From IMG/VR virus record IMGVR_UViG_3300029258_002996: a DNA stretch of 64,000 nucleotides; one strand, given 5' to 3'. This stretch comes from a virus. The position numbers were made by a program, and so were the translations under genes. Of this stretch, positions 9,601-18,232 are shown piece by piece (the stretch's first letter is position 1; the number at the start of each line of letters is the position of its first letter). Under the pieces are notes generated by a model. The model was not told the DNA's origin and searched no databases. It worked only from the letters and a program-made list of their open reading frames with translations.

Positions 9601-10269
9601 CGTGTGCGACCTCTCCTTATAGCGGTCGTTGATCAACATCGATTGATCCAACACCCAGTTCGGTCCCCACATACGACGCGCGTATCCAAACGGAGGCACC
9701 TGAGTAAACTCGGAAACGGCTTTGTCGAGACCTTCGTACTTTCCGCCGTGCTGCCGGTACGCCAGACGCAGCTCGTGAAGCATCCGACGATAGGTATCGA
9801 GATCCTGGCCAAGATTTCGATAGGTCTGAATCGCCCGACCAAAGACATCCTCGATACCGTTGATGGTGGCGGTCTCAATGAACATGTCGCGGTAGGCTTC
9901 GAGCCAATCAGCATCGATTGAATCAAACACAGTCGCGTAGGAAATCAGCCACAAAGCGTACTCGCGCACCGTGATCCAGCTCGAAGTACGCCGGGCAGTA
10001 TTCTGATGAATGAGCAGCAGCTCATTGTCGCCGTAATCAAAGTGGCGAGCAAAGACGACATTGCCTTCCGCATCGGAAACGACGGAACCTGAGAAAACCT
10101 CGTTGATGTAGAGACCAAAGTTGGAATTCGGATAATTCGTCTCCAGCCGAACCTCGGTGTTACCGAGACGGTAAGGGACAATCGACCCCCGCGAAGCGTA
10201 GAAATTCCCCGAGACAATCGCCTTGATCAGCTCGGCATACCGATTCGTGTTCGCGAGAGGATCGGCCAT
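6667..10269 (-). CDS. Large baseplate wedge/fibre-attachment protein
   Basis: IETATINGIEDVFG...DLDTYRRML resembles the P2 gpI/T4 gp7-type wedge signature. Lies after the gpJ-like gene. Start moved to MADPL, which has GGAG and follows the upstream stop. Confidence 0.65.
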   Translation of the reverse strand: MADPLANTNRYAELIKAIVSGNFYASRGSIVPYRLGNTEVRLETNYPNSNFGLYINEVFSGSVVSDAEGNVVFARHFDYGDNELLLIHQNTARRTSSWITVREYALWLISYATVFDSIDADWLEAYRDMFIETATINGIEDVFGRAIQTYRNLGQDLDTYRRMLHELRLAYRQHGGKYEGLDKAVSEFTQVPPFGYARRMWGPNWVLDQSMLINDRYKERSHTVAYAGAGISGVQLERVEADLPSGSPAAVIEYDPTPDALRWQVGGSWGPYVPANNGALFLPGPPSTVPAFILGLAGPFLLSAFEDKLYLDIDDVGIVVVTLTTGFPTPTVANVIADINAALGAVVASSYNGKLLLQSTTVAGSSVKIESGPSNAAAELFGIKPGDLKFDENIFDGVFGVEILGVKDIHSNCEFQYRYDGSTVPPTREIRWHSGGALFSPWTPITEDIAEYVVSDSVSATIKVKCYPDEMAAPPGPYPTIAAARSFKVAYTNVNRNLEQTKGAWVLVDRTQLPAILTSDNVDVVDDATFGNPELPDNWWLFSPLPSTVSTILPSKVVTDKLESYDPSPQFLIQLQDLSASSHALISRVLQWPMPRPGPRGTNFPQQSPGLFYDYEGYLATFSGWILSGTAGPTTASLSFSFDGGATWVAGPAVPVQQDSGGSWYEDFTFLDFSVVIPADLVDNSVLVAIEITDAGSVDVMIDSFNVDVEYITSRVLANTTIARYRHRQYFGELLWCWSPDPLSLTEQEYIGLPHKRATPPTVLSGVEVTSISLDTNPGNGTFEYEYNSVGDLRRLRWTPNGTTWTPGVGWVSVTSSGYYQLLAPDSSSIQVLADYDLLPILSGTPPAATESRIVEISDTSVQQGHVRKISPAHSSIDIFDVTEYGTAGEPLNLKGPITEADFSNCTLVNMDVNPDTPFRYSFVGPNVLPIEGEELTFSGSAPYVAALLYDSDQDQEAAMLFEDGVLVPNDKWHFNSASQIQVDTAYYNSSAQYTFNYNPIYRITTPFIDLGTNFQDYMWLVDYMLWERFDHNEISKEITVPIYINPDTGRAILENRSNRDQSTSTLFLEDEDETRIISPANWRYIDSKTVELDVSQYVEGVLYQLTYESVVLYDQRRINLTFEHRSGPTSTACGSASWNVVEKNENVNVTQTPLGHVIHQLRFSASNIRDLRDFRLRSMVMKGLHLFGSNANVPGLTNV

Positions 10270-10270
10270 T

Positions 10271-11269
10271 TTATTCTCCGCCTCCGAGCCCCTTCTGCTC
10301 ACCTTCCGGGGTGAACAACTGAGGATCGTTTATAAACGAGAGTTTCGACTGCGCTTGGGCACTATTGATCACTCGGAACTGTTCCACAAAGTAGTATTCA
10401 TAGGCATTCGACTTCGTGTAATCGCCATTCGCAATCATCGACACATCGACCAAACCTTGATAGGCGCCTTCGGTGTGCTTCACATCTCGGCTCGCGGGCA
10501 CGATACCTCGACATCGCGTATCCGAAACGATAACAGTATCGTGAACGGGTTGATTTTGGAACACCACGAAGGGCCTGAAGTAGAACCATTCCACCCGGAT
10601 CCCGGCCAATGAATATGACGTGGATCCGTTGGTTGAGAAAATCCGGAACTTCGCCGTAGTCGAACTAAATCGAACGCTCCGATAGGCCAATGAGCCGTTG
10701 GCGTAGAAGTACACATCCGAACCGAACCTGAGAATCTTGAGCATCGTGACGCCCGTGGTCCACGGCAGCGGAACGATAAGCTCGTCGGCCAAGGCACCAT
10801 TTCGATAGACCTCGCAACGAAGCTGAAGAACGCTGGGCGTCAGCTCGATGTACGCAATCGCGTACTCCGTAGCGCTCACGTACAGCGATAGCGCAACGAG
10901 CTGGACAACGTCGGACGGATATTGAGCAATCCGAGGTAGATTGATTCGAATCTCCCCCTGCACATTGCCCCAAATGGTTTTGGATTCGATTCCGGCCACG
11001 GAACCCGGAGTGGCTCCGGTGTCGAGCTGGAGATGGAAAGCGCCTGTCGAGACGGACCCCGAGCCGGAGCTGAGATCCGTCCAGAGTACTGTGTCCAGAC
11101 TCACGCCATCGAACAGATCATCCCACTGTCTGGGATCGAATCCGACGCCTTTCATGATGAAACGATTTCCTCCGGGGGATGGCCCTCGGTCCGGATTTAC
11201 TTCGTCGATAGACGTAGCAGTACCATATAAAATTCCGCTCCCGTATTTGAAGGTGGCGAATTTTGCCAT
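10271..11269 (-). CDS. Baseplate-associated protein: IPT/TIG domain with inserted lectin-like domain
   Basis: IDEVNPDRGPSPGGNRFIMKGVGF ... VIVSDTRCRGIVP...GLVDVSM...AYEY flank a ~190-aa beta-rich insert. Confidence 0.6.
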   Translation of the reverse strand: MAKFATFKYGSGILYGTATSIDEVNPDRGPSPGGNRFIMKGVGFDPRQWDDLFDGVSLDTVLWTDLSSGSGSVSTGAFHLQLDTGATPGSVAGIESKTIWGNVQGEIRINLPRIAQYPSDVVQLVALSLYVSATEYAIAYIELTPSVLQLRCEVYRNGALADELIVPLPWTTGVTMLKILRFGSDVYFYANGSLAYRSVRFSSTTAKFRIFSTNGSTSYSLAGIRVEWFYFRPFVVFQNQPVHDTVIVSDTRCRGIVPASRDVKHTEGAYQGLVDVSMIANGDYTKSNAYEYYFVEQFRVINSAQAQSKLSFINDPQLFTPEGEQKGLGGGE

Positions 11270-11281
11270 AATATTCGGTCC

Positions 11282-12715
11282 TTAGCTCACCAAGTTCACG
11301 ACCAAATCAGCAGCCTCGATTCTAGCATACCGATTTGGTCCGATTGCGAGGTCACCCACTCCGGAACCACCCTGAACTGCCAGTGTCGTCCAGGTCCAGT
11401 TTCCAACCCCGAAGACCTTCGAGATCTCCGCATCTAGGTCGAACTCCTCCACGTCCTCTCCGAGACGTAATGCATTGATGTAGTTCGTGATCCGGTCGCG
11501 CACGAGCTGAACCACGGAATCGGGATTTCCCGACGTGACCGTCAGGTTCCCCTCGATTGACAGAAGCTGCGGTTGCGCCCACCTGAACAAAACGTCGGAT
11601 CCCATCACGAAGTATCGAGATTGGCGATAGTAGGAGGTGATCACGTTGATGAGGGAGTTGTACTGGTATTCGATGTGAACGGAAGTCCCTACGGCAGGGA
11701 AACTCCCAGTCGCCAAGAACTTGATACCGCCCTGAGCCCGGTTGCTGTATCCGTAGACCCCCTCCCCACGAATCACTTCATAGTCGGTCCCCTCGATGTA
11801 CGTGACCGGTCCTGCGCTCGTCACCAAGTTCACCTGAGAAATCGGCTGCCGGGGAAGCGGGATCAACGTCTCGACCCCGGGAAACGCGATGTCGTAGGAA
11901 GCAGACAGTGGCGTATCTCCGAGAATCCACATGTCCACGGCCCCTGCATCATCTTGCTCCCGCTCCAGGTTCACATTGTTCCCGTAGACCACGTAGGTAT
12001 CGATGACGCCGGAGAAGGTATCTTCGAGGAACCTGGCGAGGCCAGCCGGGGTAGAGGTTTGATGACCCTCCACCTGCATGAGGTAGCGTGCGGCGAGATC
12101 CGAGTTCGTCTCGCGCCCGAGGCCGGAAGTCGTGGCAAACTTGTTGTAAAACTCGTCAAACTGCGGGAAAGGCCTTTTGGCGACGGTAATCGTGTACGCA
12201 CCGACTTGAGTAGTGGAGCCGCGAATGATGCTCGCACAAGCTACGTTCAACTCGTACCGTTCAGTCTCCGCGTTGTAGTAGGCGCTCGCCGGTGTCGACA
12301 GGGGTCCGTACATGATTCTTGACTCGACCGTTCGGAAATCCACAACCTCTCCGGTTTCGGGATTGAGAACCGTCGAAAGGGGGAAGTTGATGGGAACCAG
12401 AATGTCCGCAGTTGGAGGACGAATGCGAGCGAAGGTAACGGTCACGTAGGAAGGTGATCCCTCCCAACGAACAATGGCTTCGTTGTACACAAAATCGTCC
12501 AAATCTTCCGGGTTGAAACGAGCCGCGTTTTTGAGCGACATGAGCTGGCTGAGATAGACGATGTTGTCGTGCTGGTCCTTGAAGACCTCGGACGGAGGAG
12601 TGATGTACAAATCCTTGATAGGTCCGATTCTGGTGTCCAACGAAGGATCACGGGATTCGATTCCTTCGGTAATCTCGTTTTCGAACTCTGGTACTGTTTT
12701 CGCTCGAATGACCAT
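11282..12715 (-). CDS. Baseplate J-like wedge protein
   Basis: TSGLGRETNSDLAARY and GAVDMWILG motifs, C-terminal YINALRLGEDV. Confidence 0.85.
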   Translation of the reverse strand: MVIRAKTVPEFENEITEGIESRDPSLDTRIGPIKDLYITPPSEVFKDQHDNIVYLSQLMSLKNAARFNPEDLDDFVYNEAIVRWEGSPSYVTVTFARIRPPTADILVPINFPLSTVLNPETGEVVDFRTVESRIMYGPLSTPASAYYNAETERYELNVACASIIRGSTTQVGAYTITVAKRPFPQFDEFYNKFATTSGLGRETNSDLAARYLMQVEGHQTSTPAGLARFLEDTFSGVIDTYVVYGNNVNLEREQDDAGAVDMWILGDTPLSASYDIAFPGVETLIPLPRQPISQVNLVTSAGPVTYIEGTDYEVIRGEGVYGYSNRAQGGIKFLATGSFPAVGTSVHIEYQYNSLINVITSYYRQSRYFVMGSDVLFRWAQPQLLSIEGNLTVTSGNPDSVVQLVRDRITNYINALRLGEDVEEFDLDAEISKVFGVGNWTWTTLAVQGGSGVGDLAIGPNRYARIEAADLVVNLVS

Positions 12716-12724
12716 CTCCGCCTC

Positions 12725-13156
12725 CTAGAACAGACCTTCCAGTGAAAAAGCGTATTTTCCCAAGAAAGAGTAGAAGTCAACCCTCCACCTGAAAGTCCTC
12801 GGATCTTCCGTATCCGGCCAAATCTGTACCGGAGTGTATGAATCGAGCAGCTCCTCGGGCGTGCGCCTACTGAACATCGTGTGTCTCTGGACGTAGCGAA
12901 ACCGAGAGATGCCGGAAGAAGCGCGCGACTGGAACTCGAACATCGCGGGAGAGCCGAAAGCATTCTCGGGCTCTCCATCCGTGTGCTTTCCGATCACCTC
13001 GTCGAGACCACAACCGATACCGTCCGCGCGGATCCCCGTGGTCAGCACCATCCGACAGTCCTGCCGAAGCTTGTCCTTGCGGGTGATCGTTTCGTAGCCG
13101 GTGTTCGAATGATTTCGAACTACGTCGCCGTTTTCGATCTTCACCGTGTAGCTCAT
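12725..13156 (-). CDS. gp25/gpW-like baseplate sheath initiator
   Basis: Size, KLRQD...GCGL...IG pattern, DPRTF near the C-terminus and position before gpJ. Confidence 0.7.
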   Translation of the reverse strand: MSYTVKIENGDVVRNHSNTGYETITRKDKLRQDCRMVLTTGIRADGIGCGLDEVIGKHTDGEPENAFGSPAMFEFQSRASSGISRFRYVQRHTMFSRRTPEELLDSYTPVQIWPDTEDPRTFRWRVDFYSFLGKYAFSLEGLF

Positions 13157-13650
13157 GTCGGCGTTTCCTCGGCTTCTCGAATCTTCGCTAAGTAGATCGC
13201 ATCATCGATTACCTCGACCGTGGCAACCAGGTCCGTCTTGATGGCGTCCCAGTAGCTGATCAGGTAATCGAGTTCGTCCACGTAGCTGATCATTGTCTTG
13301 TACCTCTCCCTCCATACTGTAAGGGCAGAGGTGTTGATATCTGAAAGTTGAACCAAAGGATCAACCAAAGCTCGATAAAACTCAGGACAGAGATCGGCAA
13401 ACGGCCCCTCCGGAAATGCCGTGAGGGTGTCTCGAATCGCTTGAACCAAGGCTTCAAAGACACTCCAAGCCGCTTCTTCGATGATCGCAAGCACATCGTA
13501 CTGAGCCAAGAGAGCCCGAAGCCACAAAATTTGTGCATCGATGAACTGGATCGCGGCTAGGAGGATCAGCTTGAGAGCTTCGAGAACTGCGGCGATCTGA
13601 TCATAAATCCAACGAAGGATGCAGCGCGCTATGGTTCGTCCGACAGCCAT
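13153..13650 (-). CDS. Helical hypothetical protein in the baseplate module
   Basis: AGGAGG Shine-Dalgarno and ATGA overlap with the next gene. Confidence 0.7.
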   Translation of the reverse strand: MAVGRTIARCILRWIYDQIAAVLEALKLILLAAIQFIDAQILWLRALLAQYDVLAIIEEAAWSVFEALVQAIRDTLTAFPEGPFADLCPEFYRALVDPLVQLSDINTSALTVWRERYKTMISYVDELDYLISYWDAIKTDLVATVEVIDDAIYLAKIREAEETPT

Positions 13651-13659
13651 GAAATCCTC

Positions 13660-15015
13660 CTATTGCGTCGCCACTTTGACCGATAGCATACTACTCAAAG
13701 ATAGGCCAAAAGCAGTAAGGATCGGAACAAAAGTCCCCGCCGCAGCCACCGTCGCAGGTGCAACCGCTTTCAAGCCAGTATCACCCTGTATAGCACCCAC
13801 GAACAACCCCAAACCAGTAAGAAATGTAGACAACTGCGAAACAAAAGAAGTACCCTTCAACAGGAACTCAGTAGCCCCTTCCGATCCTAAGCGAACCGCC
13901 ACATCAGAGACTAGGGAGGCCAGGACCTTCCCTTCGAGCTTGAGGTTTGCCGCTGCGGAAATAGAAGCTGAAACACCTACGGTAAGATCAAAAGTCGAAG
14001 TCACTGTCCAGCTAGTTGACAGATTTGCGATATCCCACATGGCGAGTGGCGTAAACCATTGAAATCCCGTCGCCGTCTTCGCCGAAAAACCCCTATTCCC
14101 CAGGTTATCCACCACCTCGGTATAAAGATCGATCACTCCCGTCGCATCGTCTTTTATCGCCCGGTAGGCTCGAACCGAGGTGCCTACGAGAGAAGTCAGC
14201 TCCGGATAAGCCACTGAGGGGACCATGACCTGCTTGGTGTCGTCATCCACTACCTCCCCAAGAGAGTCGTGGACCATCAGGAGACCGCCCACGGCGGTCA
14301 GAGAGGAACGTTTGACGTAATTGGTACACTCCTGGGCCGGAGTCCCGAAAAGACCGTCCACGGGCGATTCTATGGAGTCTACGCCGGGGACCAGCAGACG
14401 GCGAGCAGTGCCTTCCCGCTTCTCGGACGCATTCCCATACCAGGTATGCAGATGATCGGTCTGGATGGAGATCTCGCTGTTCGTGGTGTTCTTGTCCAGC
14501 GTGATCGAGTGCGGTCCGCTGGCGATTCTGGCACGATCTCCGAGGTAGAGAAAACAGTTGCGCCCACTCTTAAAATGCCAATCTCCGGGTTTGAGACGCT
14601 TCCCCGAGGCGTTCCCCCATCCGATGCCGCCTCGATCTTCATTCGCTTCGTCGGCGCGATCCATCGCTCCGAAATCAAATGAGTAGTACCCGAGGGAATA
14701 CGGAGCGCCTAAAGCATCAAACCCAATAAGAGTGATGTCCCCTTCTTGAGGATAGTAAACTCCCCACGCTGTTTTTCTGAAATTTTGATCTTTCGCGGCG
14801 CTTTCCGGATCCCCCTTGGGGGGAAATGAAAAGCCCATGAGAGGTAGGGGAACATTCGGAAGGTACGAACCGCCGTCAAGAAATTCGACAGCCATCGTAC
14901 CGTTGCTAAAGTTTACGTCATTCACTTTACAACGATGAATCGAGGAGTAGAAAGCCTTGTTCAACCTCCGCTCATCCAGAATTGAAGACTTTCCGCTTGC
15001 GTTGATACGGCCCAC
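13660..15015 (-). CDS. Baseplate central spike (gpV/gp5-like OB fold)
   Basis: KVNDVNFSNGTMAVEF...YPQEGDITLIGF OB-fold pattern, beta-rich C-terminus, VRLGS...LLKG motif. Confidence 0.7.
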   Translation of the reverse strand: MGRINASGKSSILDERRLNKAFYSSIHRCKVNDVNFSNGTMAVEFLDGGSYLPNVPLPLMGFSFPPKGDPESAAKDQNFRKTAWGVYYPQEGDITLIGFDALGAPYSLGYYSFDFGAMDRADEANEDRGGIGWGNASGKRLKPGDWHFKSGRNCFLYLGDRARIASGPHSITLDKNTTNSEISIQTDHLHTWYGNASEKREGTARRLLVPGVDSIESPVDGLFGTPAQECTNYVKRSSLTAVGGLLMVHDSLGEVVDDDTKQVMVPSVAYPELTSLVGTSVRAYRAIKDDATGVIDLYTEVVDNLGNRGFSAKTATGFQWFTPLAMWDIANLSTSWTVTSTFDLTVGVSASISAAANLKLEGKVLASLVSDVAVRLGSEGATEFLLKGTSFVSQLSTFLTGLGLFVGAIQGDTGLKAVAPATVAAAGTFVPILTAFGLSLSSMLSVKVATQ

Positions 15016-15017
15016 CG

Positions 15018-17474
15018 CTACCTCCGGTTCCTCAACACATCGTTATAGTCAAACGGATACTTACCTCCGAAAAATTCGTAAATCTCGTGCTCCTGAATAG
15101 TGCTTCCCGTCCACCCACGCACATTGTTCAGGTTGACTGTAGTGTCGCACGAGCTGTTCCACACAATCGAATGCTGCGCACTCACGAGATTCGCCATGTA
15201 GTTTCTCTCGCGCCAATAAATAGGGCGGTTCACCATCAATCCGAACATCGGAACCGTTCCTATTCCTAGATTTCTCGCTTCCGCATTTGATTTCCTCAAC
15301 ATCAAGGAGGCGAATACTTGAGCGCCCTCCTTGGTGGCCACAGGACACCAAGGCTGGTAGGAAGCGATTCGGAAACCCAAGAGTTGAGCCAACTCCGGAA
15401 CAGTCACGTACACATTCCTTCGAAGCCCTTCGTCGTTGATTTTTGCAAAATTTATCAATAAATTAGGCATCGCGCGACCTACGGTTTTCAATCCCGAATC
15501 GTTCAATGAATTGCTATACCCAGTTGTCTCGTGATGCTCAATGGTAAAGGCGCGAGTGTAGCTGTACTCATCCAAAAGGTCCTGATAGAAAACATCAAAG
15601 CCTTGCTGAGCAACCTCAAGTTTCGTCGGAAGATCCATCATTTCCCTGAAATCACCTTCCGTGTATTTATCGGAATCAGACACCCAGAAATCGAAATACT
15701 TCGTAGTAAGATCCTCAAGCTCTTTTCGAATGCGGTCATTGTAAACACTGGGGTCCTTAGAATCCATAATGTCGACGCTGAAGTCGTAGAAAGGCATCTC
15801 AAATACTACATCGCCTCTCGGAGTGGCGTAGAACCTAAAGTCGATGGCGTCTGCAAGATCGTAAATGAACGACAACCTGTCCTTGAACTCGGAATGCTGA
15901 AGGGCAGTCCCCGCCGTAGACTGATCCAGGATACCCCTGGATACCTTCGGCCCCAAATTGGCAGGGGCTACGTAGTAGACATTTCCGTGACCCACGGGAT
16001 AACGTTCGATGTCAGTACCAATCTGCGTAATGACATCCTCCAGAGTCCAGCCCTTCTCCAAAGAAGGGATCGCGTCGTATTTCAGCATCGTGTCCAAATC
16101 CTCAACCCGAACACGATGATGCAAGAGATCGTTCAGTTCCCTAATATTCGCTATGGGTATCTTCTCCCCGAGAGCCTCGTCAACAGGATTCAGCTCGTCA
16201 CCGATGAAGAGCGCGCGAACGCCTTGCTCAACGGTCTTCCTTTTGAACGGAATCCCACGAGGAGTTGTGATCAACGGAATCGAAGAACCTGGAAAACGAT
16301 CCTGTTTTTCATCCACGAGCCTTTTTTGAAGCTGCTTACGGCGTTCCGCAGGCTGCATCGAGGCAACTTCTTCTTTAGACCGACCAAGAGTATTTAAAAG
16401 ATAGGTATTGATCTCCGAATCGTCCATTGCGCGAATGGTCGCCATCACGGTGTCGTCAAGGATAGGACGAAAATCGTCCAAACCGAAAAACAGGATTTCT
16501 AAAATTTCATAAGGACTGAATCCAGAAAAAATCTCATTGTAAAAATTCGCCTTCAACTCCCCCACGGGACTGTCTCCGAACGGACCCTGGAAAGCCGGGT
16601 TGTTTCGGAAGATTTTTCGAATCGCAGGATCGAGTTGATCCGTATTAGTCTGCAAAAAAGCGTATCGAACGGATTTGGTGACATCCGTTCCGGTAATTGT
16701 GACGGTAGACTCCCGGTTCACGCCTCGATTTTCAGTAAAGGAATCCACAAAACCAGTGAACATCCAATACCAGACGTTCGGACTGAACGGATCCCGAAAG
16801 ACAATGCGAATAGGATCGTTCGGATGGAAAATGCAGTCACCCTCTTGAAATGGGTAAAGATAAATCTGCTTGGACTTTATGTATGGCCAGAGAATCTCAT
16901 CCTTCATCAGGTCGTTAATCGCCCCTTCGCTATCATACAAAACTTGAGGGGCTTTGTTCTGTAGGACGGTGTATTTTATGCCGTCAGGAACTTGAAGATC
17001 TCCGTTATAGTAACCTTCGAAAAAACCACCTGAACTCTTCAAGTTTGAATACACAGAGATAAGGTCTCCAAGATCCTGAAACGCACCGGCCCCCTCCGCA
17101 TCTAGCTGAGAAAGTCTCGACATGAAAGAATCGAAATCGCTGCCGCCCGGATCAATTTCAGTAATCATCTCCACCCAATCTCGGTACGCTTGAATATTTT
17201 CATCAAACCTCCTATCGAGATTTTGCCGAGAAGTTCCTAGAATCAGCATATCGGTGTGGTTCACTATATACTTATCGTTGTAATTCGCTAAAGTGATCGA
17301 ACAAGTGCTCGGAGAGCGATCCTGGCTACCGCCCGACTGATTAACCCGAGCATCAATAACGTCTCCAGAAACCTCCATTCCGTAGATGAAGACACGGAAA
17401 GCTGGAAAAGCCGCTCGATAGATGCCTTCAGCGGCATCTACTCCCGAATATGGATTTTCAAAACCGTCGCCCAT
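15018..17474 (-). CDS. Baseplate hub (gp27/gpD-like)
   Basis: FTGFVDSF...VTITGTD and FRFYATPRGDVVFE motifs, position between tube initiator and spike. Confidence 0.75.
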   Translation of the reverse strand: MGDGFENPYSGVDAAEGIYRAAFPAFRVFIYGMEVSGDVIDARVNQSGGSQDRSPSTCSITLANYNDKYIVNHTDMLILGTSRQNLDRRFDENIQAYRDWVEMITEIDPGGSDFDSFMSRLSQLDAEGAGAFQDLGDLISVYSNLKSSGGFFEGYYNGDLQVPDGIKYTVLQNKAPQVLYDSEGAINDLMKDEILWPYIKSKQIYLYPFQEGDCIFHPNDPIRIVFRDPFSPNVWYWMFTGFVDSFTENRGVNRESTVTITGTDVTKSVRYAFLQTNTDQLDPAIRKIFRNNPAFQGPFGDSPVGELKANFYNEIFSGFSPYEILEILFFGLDDFRPILDDTVMATIRAMDDSEINTYLLNTLGRSKEEVASMQPAERRKQLQKRLVDEKQDRFPGSSIPLITTPRGIPFKRKTVEQGVRALFIGDELNPVDEALGEKIPIANIRELNDLLHHRVRVEDLDTMLKYDAIPSLEKGWTLEDVITQIGTDIERYPVGHGNVYYVAPANLGPKVSRGILDQSTAGTALQHSEFKDRLSFIYDLADAIDFRFYATPRGDVVFEMPFYDFSVDIMDSKDPSVYNDRIRKELEDLTTKYFDFWVSDSDKYTEGDFREMMDLPTKLEVAQQGFDVFYQDLLDEYSYTRAFTIEHHETTGYSNSLNDSGLKTVGRAMPNLLINFAKINDEGLRRNVYVTVPELAQLLGFRIASYQPWCPVATKEGAQVFASLMLRKSNAEARNLGIGTVPMFGLMVNRPIYWRERNYMANLVSAQHSIVWNSSCDTTVNLNNVRGWTGSTIQEHEIYEFFGGKYPFDYNDVLRNRR

Positions 17475-18226
17475 CAGCTCAACTCGTTGAAAAACTCACG
17501 ACCAAGCGTCGTGGAAAGATACCTGTAGATAAAGTCCATCGGCGGATCCGAGCTGGTCGCCACGAAACTGAAAGAATAATTCTTGTTGAAAGGATTATCC
17601 GCGTCATCCGTGAATTCCAAAACCCGGTCAAAATGGCCCGTAAAGTGAATCAAAGCGTTTGCAAAAATCGGGCTAGAGTACATCGCGTAGTAGCGAACAG
17701 GGCTTCCATTCCGCACATCAATCATCGGTTCTCGTGTAATGGTGTACAAATTCCAAAAGCTCATAAGTTTCGTCACACCGGAGAGAGACTCGATCTCCAG
17801 AGCTTGGTCTTTTGTAACTCCCTGGCTCCACTCCCGGAGCTTCTTCAATTGTTCGGATGCCCAATTACGACGATTCGCGCCCATCCGAAGGTTTATGTTC
17901 CCGGTCTGTCCTGAAAAATTGATGGTAATTACGTCGTTGTTAGACCCCAATGAGTTGGCCCAGTGAAAATAGATAGCCCCCGCCTGAGTATCACGTCGTG
18001 TAATCCTCTTGTTCTGGGAAAAAGTCACCGATCTCGGATTCACGCGCAGTCTCACCGGGGGGATATTGTTCCGTTTGCGAATATCGGAAGTGAACATAAA
18101 AGGTACTCGATATGAGATGTCCTCATACGGATTGAGAATGCGCTCCAGGACGCGCTCCGGACGAGGAATCGGATCAACCTCGGAGGCGAAAGTTTCTCGC
18201 ATCCATTCTCCAAATTTACTTGCCAT
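17474..18226 (-). CDS. Tail tube initiator-like protein
   Basis: LRVNPRSVTFS...ITINFSGQTG...FTGHF...FTDDADNPFNKNYSFSFV. Confidence 0.7.
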   Translation of the reverse strand: MASKFGEWMRETFASEVDPIPRPERVLERILNPYEDISYRVPFMFTSDIRKRNNIPPVRLRVNPRSVTFSQNKRITRRDTQAGAIYFHWANSLGSNNDVITINFSGQTGNINLRMGANRRNWASEQLKKLREWSQGVTKDQALEIESLSGVTKLMSFWNLYTITREPMIDVRNGSPVRYYAMYSSPIFANALIHFTGHFDRVLEFTDDADNPFNKNYSFSFVATSSDPPMDFIYRYLSTTLGREFFNELS

Positions 18227-18232
18227 AGCTAC

